A stretch of 44,995 bases of DNA from Deltaproteobacteria bacterium (GTDB taxonomy: Bacteria; Myxococcota_A; UBA9042; DTJE01): assembly GCA_016875475.1 (NCBI GenBank), contig VGRB01000002.1, forward strand, positions 1-44,995, written 5' to 3'. The position numbers were made by a program, and so were the translations under genes. This document shows positions 11,538 to 19,191 of this stretch, in pieces. Numbering within the stretch: the stretch's first letter is position 1; each line of letters starts with the position of its first letter. The notes under the pieces were generated by a model. It ran no database searches and was not told where the DNA came from. It worked only from the letters and a program-made list of their open reading frames with translations.

Positions 11538-12119
11538 ATGCTGGGCAAGATGAGACGGTTCGGGTTCAAGGGCTTCACGCTGGTCGAGTTGATGGTCGTC
11601 GTGGCCATCCTCGGCATCCTCGCGGTCATCGCGGTGCCGGCGTTCATCAAGTACATGCGGCGCGCGAAGACCACGGAGGCGATCGACGAGCTGGACAAGA
11701 TCTACAAGGGCGCGGCGTACTACTACACCGCCCCGCACGTCGCGGCGAACGGCTCGCGCATCTTCTGCCAGTTCCCGACGACCCAGGGCCTGACCCCGGC
11801 CGATGACTGCTGCAAGACGCCGGACGCCAACCACGACGGCCGCTGCGACAGCAACACCGGCCTGTGGACCACCCCCTCCTGGTCGGCGCTGACCTTCCAG
11901 ATCAACGACGAGGTGTACTTCCAGTACTCCTTCCAGTCGAACGGGTCGGTCCGCAACTCGGCGCAGGCGACCGCGAACGCGCACGCCGACCTCGATTGCG
12001 ACACGACCTACTCGACCTTCCAGCGGCTGATGTTCGGTGATCCGTCGGCCGCCACGCAGTACGTCGAGTGCGCGCAGATCGGCGCCTCCGCGTTCTTCGT
12101 GGACAACGAGACCGAGTAA
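11538..12119 (+). CDS. type IV pilin-like protein (prepilin N-terminal cleavage/methylation domain)
   Basis: 193 aa, AGGAGG 6 nt upstream of ATG 11538. Leader MLGKMRRFGFKG followed by FTLVELMVVVAILGILAVIAVPAF, with 6 Cys in the globular part. Confidence 0.85.
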   Translation: MLGKMRRFGFKGFTLVELMVVVAILGILAVIAVPAFIKYMRRAKTTEAIDELDKIYKGAAYYYTAPHVAANGSRIFCQFPTTQGLTPADDCCKTPDANHDGRCDSNTGLWTTPSWSALTFQINDEVYFQYSFQSNGSVRNSAQATANAHADLDCDTTYSTFQRLMFGDPSAATQYVECAQIGASAFFVDNETE

Positions 12120-12142
12120 CCCTCTTCCTTCCACCGGCACGC

Positions 12143-12172
12143 GAGGGCGCCGCAAGGCGCCCTCTGCGTTTG
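12143..12172 (+). terminator. rho-independent terminator after the pilin gene
   Basis: GAGGGCGCC-GCAA-GGCGCCCTC stem-loop followed by TGCGTTTG. Confidence 0.6.
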
Positions 12173-12263
12173 TGGACCTCCCCGGTTCGGTTCCCTTTCC
12201 CCTGGACTTGCCCACCCGGCACGGTGCAAACTATCCGCGCCGTCTGTCGCGGCGGAGGCCACG

Positions 12264-13532
12264 GTGAAGATCGCGGTCGTCGGCGGGGGATCGAAACACA
12301 CCCCGGAGCTGTTCGAGGGACTCGTCGCGAACGCGGCGGCGCTCGCGGTCTCCGAGGTCGTGCTCCACGACATCGACCCGTCCCGGCTCGATCCGGTGCA
12401 CGGCTTCTGCCGGCGCATGGCGGACCACGCGGGGGCGCGGTTCGCGACCATCTCGACGCTCGACCTCGCGGACGCGGTCGCGGGCGCGACGTTCGTGGTC
12501 ACGCAGGTCCGCGTCGGCGGCCAGCAGGCCCGCCACCGGGACGAGTCCATGCCGCTCCGCCACGGGCTGCTCGGCCAGGAGACCACGGGCGCGGGGGGCT
12601 TCGCGAAGGCCGTGCGCACCATCCCGGCCATCCTCGAGGTCGCCGCGGCCGTCCGCGCGCACGCGCCCGGCGCCTGGGTGGTCAACTTCACGAACCCGTC
12701 CGGCATCGTGACCGAGGCCCTCCTGCGTCACGGCGGGGTGCGCGGGGTCGGCCTGTGCAACATCCCGATCACGATGCGGTTGGAGGCCGCCGCCGCGCTC
12801 GGCCTGGACGCGGACGCGGTCGAGCTGGACTACGCCGGGCTGAACCACCTGGGCTGGGTCCGCGGCATCCGGATCGGCGGCGAGGACGTCACCGGCCCGA
12901 TCCTCGCGGCGCTCGCCTCGGGAGGCGGCCCGAGGAACGTGCCCGACATGGACTTCGGGCCCGACCTGTTCGGGGCGATCCGCGCGGTGCCCTCGCCCTA
13001 CCTGCGCTACTTCTACGCGACCGAGGAGGTCGTCTCCGAGCTTGCCGCGCGGGGCCGCACCCGCGCCCAGGACGTGATGGACCTGGAGGAGCGGCTGTTC
13101 GCGATCTACCGCGACCCCGCGCAGCACGAGAAGCCGGCCCTGCTCGCGGAGCGGGGGGGCGCCTGGTACTCGCGGGTCGCGGTGTCCGTCATGCTCGGCC
13201 TGCTGTCGGACGCGCCGCGCCGCGAGGTGGTGAACACGCTGAATCGCGGCGCCATCCCCGGCCTGCCGGACGACGCGGCGGTCGAGGTCCCGGCGGAGGT
13301 CTCGCGCGCCGGCGTGCGGCCGCTCCCGGTCGAGCCGCTCCCCGAGGAGGTGTTCGGGCTCGTTCGGCAGGTCAAGTCGTACGAGCGGCTGACGGTCGAG
13401 GCGGCGATGACGCGGTCGCGGGCGAAGGCGCTCGCGGCGCTGCTCGCGAACCCGCTGGTCCGGACGTTGTCTAAGGCACGCGCGGTCCTGGCCGACATGG
13501 AGGCGGCCGGGGACTTCGTGCCTGCGTCGTAG
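12264..13532 (+). CDS. glycoside hydrolase family 4 enzyme (6-phospho-glucosidase-like, NAD+/Mn2+ type)
   Basis: 422 aa from GTG 12264. MKIAVVGGGSKHTPELFEGL (Rossmann fold), HRDESMPLRHGLLGQETTGAGGFAKAVRTIP, and the GLCNIP Cys-Asn-x-Pro motif. Confidence 0.8.
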   Translation: MKIAVVGGGSKHTPELFEGLVANAAALAVSEVVLHDIDPSRLDPVHGFCRRMADHAGARFATISTLDLADAVAGATFVVTQVRVGGQQARHRDESMPLRHGLLGQETTGAGGFAKAVRTIPAILEVAAAVRAHAPGAWVVNFTNPSGIVTEALLRHGGVRGVGLCNIPITMRLEAAAALGLDADAVELDYAGLNHLGWVRGIRIGGEDVTGPILAALASGGGPRNVPDMDFGPDLFGAIRAVPSPYLRYFYATEEVVSELAARGRTRAQDVMDLEERLFAIYRDPAQHEKPALLAERGGAWYSRVAVSVMLGLLSDAPRREVVNTLNRGAIPGLPDDAAVEVPAEVSRAGVRPLPVEPLPEEVFGLVRQVKSYERLTVEAAMTRSRAKALAALLANPLVRTLSKARAVLADMEAAGDFVPAS

Positions 13533-13543
13533 AAGGAGGAACC

Positions 13544-14794
13544 GTGGACAAGCTCGCCCTGTTCGGTGGCACCAAGGTCCGAAGCACGCCGTTCACGCCG
13601 TGGCCCCAGTTCGACGACCGCGAGCGGAAGTACGTGATGGACGCGCTCGAGTCGCGGCGCTGGGGCGGCTACCCGTTCCCGAGCCCGCGCGCGCTCGAGT
13701 TCGGCCGGCGGTTCGCGGAGTACCACGGCGCGCGGTACGGCATCCCCGCGGCGAACGGGACCGTGACGCTCGAGATCGCGCTCCGCGCGGCGGGCATCAA
13801 GGCGGGGGACGAGGTGATCGTGCCCTGCTACACGTTCATGGCGACGGCCTCGTGCGCGGTCCACCTGAACGCGGTGCCGGTCTTCACGGACGTGGAGGCG
13901 CGGAGCTGGTGCATGGATCCCGCGGGCGTCGAGGCCGCGATCACCCCGAAGACGAAGGCCATCATCCCGGTCCACCTCGGGCACCAGATGACCGACATGG
14001 ACCGCATCCTCGAGATCGCGAAGAGGCACGGGCTCGTGGTCATCGAGGACTGCGCGCACTCGCACGGCGGCCAGTGGCGCGGCAAGGGCGTGGGCAGCAT
14101 GGGCGACTTCGGGTCGTTCAGCTTCCAGTCGTCCAAGCTGATGACGTCCGGCGAGGGCGGCGCGATCCTCTGCAACGACGACACGTACCGCGCCAAGGTC
14201 ATGTCGCTCGTCAACTGCGGCCGCAAGGAGCCGGGGTACGACGGCTTCGACGAGCAGCTCTTCGGGTGGAACTTCCGGCTGTCCGAGCTGCAGATCGCGG
14301 TGCTCATGGGCCAGATGGACCGGCTGGACGAGGTCACGCGCAAGCGCGCCGAGATGCTCGCGTACTTCCGCGAGACCCTGCACGCGAACGTCGCCGGCCT
14401 CCGCGTGCTCGACACCGACCCCCGCGTGACCCGGCAGCACGCGTACCAGACCCTGATGCGCTTCGATTCCGCTGCGTTCGCCGGGATCCACCGCGACCGC
14501 TTCCTCCAGGCGCTGGAGGCCGAGGGCGTGGACCTCGACGGGACGTTCTACGTGCCGCTGTACCAGATCCCGATCTTCAACGCGCGGTCGGACGAGTGGC
14601 CGGCCCTGCGCGAGCGGTACGGGGAGGGGATCCTGGAAGGCGGCCGGAGCATCTCGTGCCCGGTCGCGGAGAAGGCCGCGTACGAGGAGGCGGTGTGGAT
14701 GCACTACCCGCACCTGTCCGGCTCGCGGGCGGACGTGGACGACATCGTGACGGCGATCGCGAAGGTGCAGCGACACGCGGCGGAGCTTGCGTAG
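13544..14794 (+). CDS. DegT/DnrJ/EryC1/StrS-family PLP-dependent sugar/cyclitol aminotransferase
   Basis: 416 aa from GTG 13544, GGAGGA upstream. GDEVIVPCYTFMATA..., VIEDCAHSHGG..., FSFQSSKLMTSGEGG (PLP lysine context). Confidence 0.85.
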   Translation: MDKLALFGGTKVRSTPFTPWPQFDDRERKYVMDALESRRWGGYPFPSPRALEFGRRFAEYHGARYGIPAANGTVTLEIALRAAGIKAGDEVIVPCYTFMATASCAVHLNAVPVFTDVEARSWCMDPAGVEAAITPKTKAIIPVHLGHQMTDMDRILEIAKRHGLVVIEDCAHSHGGQWRGKGVGSMGDFGSFSFQSSKLMTSGEGGAILCNDDTYRAKVMSLVNCGRKEPGYDGFDEQLFGWNFRLSELQIAVLMGQMDRLDEVTRKRAEMLAYFRETLHANVAGLRVLDTDPRVTRQHAYQTLMRFDSAAFAGIHRDRFLQALEAEGVDLDGTFYVPLYQIPIFNARSDEWPALRERYGEGILEGGRSISCPVAEKAAYEEAVWMHYPHLSGSRADVDDIVTAIAKVQRHAAELA

Positions 14795-14842
14795 GGGCGA
14801 GCGGCGAGCTCGGGCTGGGGTTCGGGTACGGGAGAGGGGAGG
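14794..14842 (+). repeat. G-tract / GGG-YWC array filling the intercistronic spacer and merging with the RBS
   Basis: ggggcgagcggcgagctcgggctggggttcgggtacgggagaggggagg lies between TAG 14792-14794 and ATG 14848. Confidence 0.75.
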
Positions 14843-14847
14843 CCGTG

Positions 14848-15996
14848 ATGGACAGGATCGGGTTCGGCATCGTGGGATCGGGGTTCATCGCGAAGGTGCA
14901 CCTGGACTCGCTCCGGACCGTGCCGGGCGTCGAGGTCGTCGCGATCGCGGACGTGGACACGCTCCGGGGGCAGGCGTTCGCCGAGGAGAACGGGATCCCG
15001 AAGACCTATCCGTCCCACGCGGCCATGCTCCAGGACCCGGACGTGAACGCGGTCGTGATCGGCGTGCCGAACTGCTACCACGCGCGCATCGCGATGGACT
15101 GCTTCGCGGCGGGGCGCCACGTGGTGTGCGAGAAGCCGCTCGCGCTGACGCTCGAGGACGCGCGGGCCATGATCGCGGCCGCGCGGAAGGCGGGCGTGGT
15201 CCTCGCGTACGCCGAGGAGCTGTGCTTCATCCCGAAGTTCGTGAAGGCGAAGAAGCTGATGGAATCCGGGGGGATCGGCAGGCCCTACCTGGTGCGCCAG
15301 TGCGAGAAGCACGCGGGACCCTACTCGCCGTGGTTCTGGAAGGAGGAGGAGGCGGGCGGCGGGATCCTGATGGACATGGGCTGCCACGCGATCGAGTGCA
15401 TCCGCTGGGTGGTCGGCAAGAAGCGCGTGAAGTCCGTCCTCGCGCACATGGGCACGTACCTCCACGGCGAGATCACGCGCGAGGAGGACCACGTCCTGAT
15501 CGTGATGGAGTTCGAGGACGGCACCGTGGGCCAGGCGGAGTCGTCCTGGGCCTTGAAGGGCGGCATGGATTCGACGCTCGAGGTCTTCGGGACCGAGGGC
15601 GTCGTCTTTGCGGACCTCCTCAAGGGCATGGGACTGAAGGCGTTCTCCGAGAACGGGTTCCCGGACATGTGGGAGCCGTCCAAGGGCTGGGTGCACCCCG
15701 ACTTCGACTGGCTCTGGAACAACGGGTACCCGCAGGAGGACGCGCACTTCGTCGAGTGCATGCGGACCGGCGCGACGCCGATCGAGTCCGGCGAGGACGG
15801 CCTGGACGTGCTGGAGATCATGCTCGCGGCCTACCACAGCGCGGGGATCGGCCGGAAGGTGATGCTCCCGTTCCGGCCCGCCGGGGTGCGCGTGCCGGTC
15901 GACCTGTGGCTGAACCCGCGGCCGGACCTCGGCGCCGGGCCGATCCCGGAGGCGACCGCCCCCGCGTCCGCGGACGGGGCGACCGCGCCCGCCTGA
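14848..15996 (+). CDS. Gfo/Idh/MocA-family NAD(P)-dependent oxidoreductase
   Basis: 382 aa. IGFGIVGSGFIAKVHL, the VVCEKPLALTLEDA motif, and a C-terminal alpha/beta domain. Confidence 0.85.
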   Translation: MDRIGFGIVGSGFIAKVHLDSLRTVPGVEVVAIADVDTLRGQAFAEENGIPKTYPSHAAMLQDPDVNAVVIGVPNCYHARIAMDCFAAGRHVVCEKPLALTLEDARAMIAAARKAGVVLAYAEELCFIPKFVKAKKLMESGGIGRPYLVRQCEKHAGPYSPWFWKEEEAGGGILMDMGCHAIECIRWVVGKKRVKSVLAHMGTYLHGEITREEDHVLIVMEFEDGTVGQAESSWALKGGMDSTLEVFGTEGVVFADLLKGMGLKAFSENGFPDMWEPSKGWVHPDFDWLWNNGYPQEDAHFVECMRTGATPIESGEDGLDVLEIMLAAYHSAGIGRKVMLPFRPAGVRVPVDLWLNPRPDLGAGPIPEATAPASADGATAPA

Positions 15997-16096
15997 CCCC
16001 CCGCACGGGAGGGATCGAACGGACGACCTCGCCGCCGGGCTCGCCGTCGCGCTCGCCGCCGTCGCGTTCGCAGGCGGCTGGGCGTGGCCCGCCTGG

Positions 16097-18118
16097 GTGG
16101 CCGCGGTGCGCGCGGCCGGGCCGGACGCGCCGCCGCGGACCCGCCTCGCCGCCGCGATCGTGATCGCCTGGGCAGGCGGCTACGTCGCCTTCCGGGTGCT
16201 CGGCGCGCTGTCGCTGTTCCACCCGGTCGTCGCGCTGGCGATCGCGATGCCTCTTGCAGTCGCGACACTGCACCCGCGCATTCGCGGACCCGCGTGGCAG
16301 GCGCTCCGCGCCGACGCGCGCGCCGCGACCCACGCGGTCCGCGAGGCAGGCACCCCGCTCCGGGTCGCCATGGCGGCCACGAGCGCCATCGCCCTGGCAA
16401 GACTGGTCCGGGGCCTGTCCGCCCCGCCGCTCGCGTTCGACGCCCTGACCTACCACCTTGCCCGGGCCGCCACGTGGGTGCGGCACGGCGACCTGACCGC
16501 GTTCGCGGCCCCTGACGCCTGGCGCTACTGCGCGCGCTACCCCGACGCGGGCGACTCGCTGTGGGCCTGGGCCCTGCTGCCCGGCTCGAGCGACGCCATG
16601 GTTCCGCTCGCAAGCGCCGCGACGTGGGCCGCGACCCTTGCCGGGGGGTACGTGGCCGCGCGCGCGCTCGGCGGCACGCGACGCTCGTCCATCGCCACGG
16701 CCCTGTGCGTCGGCACCCTTCCCCCGGTCCTCCAGGCGATGACGGCCGCGTACGTGGACCTGCCCGCGCTCGCCCTGCTGCTGCTCGGGATCGGGCTTGC
16801 CGGACGCCACGCCGCCCTCGCGGTGCTCGCGCTCGCGCTGGCCGCTGCGACGCGTGCCGCCGGGCTGCCGTGGCTCGCGATCGGACTCGCTGCCCTCGCC
16901 CGACCGCGCAACGCGGTCGCGTGCGTCGCCGCCGCGGCGATCGCCCTGCCCACCTACCTCGACACGTGGATCGCGACCGGCAACCCGTTGTATCCGCTAC
17001 CGCTCTCCGTGGCGGGCGTCGAGGTCTTCGCGGGCAGCCCCGAGTTCCTCGCCGTCCACTCCGGCGCGGCCACCGGCATGGAGGCATCGGCCTGGACGGT
17101 GCTCGCGGCGCTGTTCGTCCCGACGGGCCTGCCTCACCTGAACCTCGGGCCGTCGATGCCGCTGCTCGCGGGCCTGGGCATCGCCGGCGCGCTCGGGGCG
17201 TGGCGCCCGGGGCGGCGGGCCGCCGTCGCCATCGCCGTGGCCGGGGCCGCGGTCACGGTCGCCGCCCAGTTGTCGGGGGAGGTCCGGGGCTTCCTGGTCG
17301 TGCCGTGGTGGCTCGACAAGGTGGGGCGCTTCCTCCTGCCCGCTGCCGCGGCGCTGATCGTTCTGGCAGCCCCGCTGGACGGCCGGATCGCGGCGGGCAT
17401 CCGCGTCGTCGCGATCGGGACCGGCCTGGCGCTCGGCCTGCCGCTCGGCTGGTCGGGCGCGGACGTGCCGGGCGTCCTGCTCGCGGCGGCGTGCCTGGTC
17501 CCGGCGGCGGTCCTGGTCGCGATCGGGCCGGCGCGGAGGTGGGTCCCGGCGGCCGTCGTCGTCGCGCTCGCCGTCGTGCCCGCGATCCGCTCGGCCTCGC
17601 GCTACCCGACGTGGGCCGCCGCGGCCAGGGGCGACGCATGGGACCTCCACCCCGCCAGCCGCAGTTCGCTGTCCGCGTGGCCGTCGTGGCAGGCGCTCGA
17701 CGGGCCGGAGGGGCGGCGGGTCGCCCTGACCGCGGGCTTCGACGGCGTCGGCCACAACTGGTACACATGGCCCTGGTTCGGGTCGCGCCTCCAGAACGAC
17801 GTCTTCCACGTGCCGGCCACGCGGGGGGGGGAGATCCCCGACTACGCGTTCAGCGACGCGACGGCTCCGAAGCTCGACCGCGACGCGTGGATCGAGCGGC
17901 TGCTCGCGACTCGCGCGGACGTCCTGGTTGCGCTCGACCCTCCCCCGCCCGAGCGGGCCTGGGCGGAGTCCATGCCGGAGGTCTTCCGTCCGCTGGCCGA
18001 GGGACCATGGGGGCGAGCGTGGTCCGTCGATCGGGCGGGGCGGGGCTCCGGCGGCTCGATCTCGAAGCCTGGAGGCCGCTTCGGACCGCCTCCGAAACCG
18101 CTTTCCTTGGGTCCGTGA
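16097..18118 (+). CDS. polytopic membrane protein, GT-C / ArnT-PMT-like glycosyltransferase candidate; true start probably upstream (about 16019)
   Basis: 673-aa ORF with 10 or more hydrophobic helices, an early loop motif PPLAFDALTYHLARA, and a soluble C-terminal ~200 aa. The frame stays open with very high GC3 for 100 nt upstream of GTG 16097. Confidence 0.55.
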   Translation: MAAVRAAGPDAPPRTRLAAAIVIAWAGGYVAFRVLGALSLFHPVVALAIAMPLAVATLHPRIRGPAWQALRADARAATHAVREAGTPLRVAMAATSAIALARLVRGLSAPPLAFDALTYHLARAATWVRHGDLTAFAAPDAWRYCARYPDAGDSLWAWALLPGSSDAMVPLASAATWAATLAGGYVAARALGGTRRSSIATALCVGTLPPVLQAMTAAYVDLPALALLLLGIGLAGRHAALAVLALALAAATRAAGLPWLAIGLAALARPRNAVACVAAAAIALPTYLDTWIATGNPLYPLPLSVAGVEVFAGSPEFLAVHSGAATGMEASAWTVLAALFVPTGLPHLNLGPSMPLLAGLGIAGALGAWRPGRRAAVAIAVAGAAVTVAAQLSGEVRGFLVVPWWLDKVGRFLLPAAAALIVLAAPLDGRIAAGIRVVAIGTGLALGLPLGWSGADVPGVLLAAACLVPAAVLVAIGPARRWVPAAVVVALAVVPAIRSASRYPTWAAAARGDAWDLHPASRSSLSAWPSWQALDGPEGRRVALTAGFDGVGHNWYTWPWFGSRLQNDVFHVPATRGGEIPDYAFSDATAPKLDRDAWIERLLATRADVLVALDPPPPERAWAESMPEVFRPLAEGPWGRAWSVDRAGRGSGGSISKPGGRFGPPPKPLSLGP

Positions 18119-18145
18119 TTGTGGTACTAGTCGTCGCTGACTCGC

Positions 18146-18649
18146 GTGGGGAGTCCAATGGACCCGAGGAACCGGCCGGGCGGGCATTTCGGAAGGGCGC
18201 CCGGCGAGGAGCGGCACCAGGGCAAGCGCAAGTCCCGCACCATCGCCGCGCGACGCCTGAAGAACGTCGACCTGTCCGACGGCATCGAGATCGACGAGGA
18301 GCTGGAGAGGGAGCTGCAGGAGATGCGGCCCAAGCGCAGGTCCGACTGCCAGGGCGGGCCGAGGCCGTGCCCCTGGGTAAGTTGCAAGTACCACCTGTAC
18401 CTGGACATCAATCCCCGCACGGGTTCGATCAAGCTGAACTTCCCGGACGTGAAGCCCTGGGAGATGACCGACTCCTGCGTCCTGGACATCGCGGACCGCG
18501 GCCCGGTGACGCTCGAGGACGTTGGCCGCATCATGAACCTCACGCGCGAGCGCATCCGCCAGCTCGAGGCGTCCGCATCCGAGCGGATCCGGTCCACCCG
18601 CCTCGCGGTCGAGTACCGCACGTATTCGCTGGAGAAGCGGGACTCCTGA
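18146..18649 (+). CDS. small DNA-binding protein with a sigma70 region-4-like helix-turn-helix
   Basis: 167 aa (alternative ATG at 18158). [24 protein letters not shown] is a region 4.2-type HTH. It is preceded by [13 protein letters not shown] and a basic N-terminus. Confidence 0.55.
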   Translation: MGSPMDPRNRPGGHFGRAPGEERHQGKRKSRTIAARRLKNVDLSDGIEIDEELERELQEMRPKRRSDCQGGPRPCPWVSCKYHLYLDINPRTGSIKLNFPDVKPWEMTDSCVLDIADRGPVTLEDVGRIMNLTRERIRQLEASASERIRSTRLAVEYRTYSLEKRDS

Positions 18650-18686
18650 CACGGGAGGCGGCCCCGATCGGGCAGCGCACCCCCCG

Positions 18687-19127
18687 TCACTTCGTCCTGC
18701 GGGGGCGACCCGGGCCGCGGCGCACCGGAGCATCCGCCTGGGCGGGCTTCGGAGCGGGCGTCGGCGCCGGCTTCGGAGCGGGCGTCGGCGCCGGCTTCGG
18801 GGGGGGAGGCGGCTCCGGCGCGGCGGTCGCCTCGCTGCGGGAGCGGGACAGCTCGTGGCGAAGTCGCGAGACCTCGGACTCCAGGTCGCGGACCACGTTG
18901 CGAAGCGAGGACAGCTCGTCGCGGGTGACCAGCTCGAGCGTGCGCGCCACGAGCTTGACCTGCGCCTCGATGTTCTCGCGCATGTCCGCCTGGAGGTTCA
19001 GCGCCTGGGTCAGGAGGTTCTGGACGCGCTCGTCCGCCAGCACGCGAAGCGCGATCGGCGAGAAGCGCTCCAGGACCGCCTTCATGACCACGTCGCGCCA
19101 GAGGTCGACCACCATGGGGGGCTCCAT
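18687..19127 (-). CDS. UbiK/PhaF-like coiled-coil protein with PAPKPA repeats and an AT-hook-like basic C-terminus
   Basis: 146 aa (alternative ATG at 19115 with GGAG upstream). [30 protein letters not shown] resembles UbiK/YqiC and the PhaF N-terminal coil. The tail reads [20 protein letters not shown]...[11 protein letters not shown]. Confidence 0.5.
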   Translation of the reverse strand: MEPPMVVDLWRDVVMKAVLERFSPIALRVLADERVQNLLTQALNLQADMRENIEAQVKLVARTLELVTRDELSSLRNVVRDLESEVSRLRHELSRSRSEATAAPEPPPPPKPAPTPAPKPAPTPAPKPAQADAPVRRGPGRPRRTK

Positions 19128-19191
19128 TCAAACGGCTGAGGCATGATCGGACGGGAGCGGGGGGAAGTCAATGGCGGGTGCGCCGCGGACC

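Noticed and set aside
12205-12235. Sigma54-like string CGGCACGGTGCAAA upstream of the GH4 gene.
   Set aside because: The GG-to-GC spacing is 4 nt too short for a -24/-12 promoter. A TTGCCC-N16-AACTAT sigma70-like reading is equally weak, so no promoter call was made.
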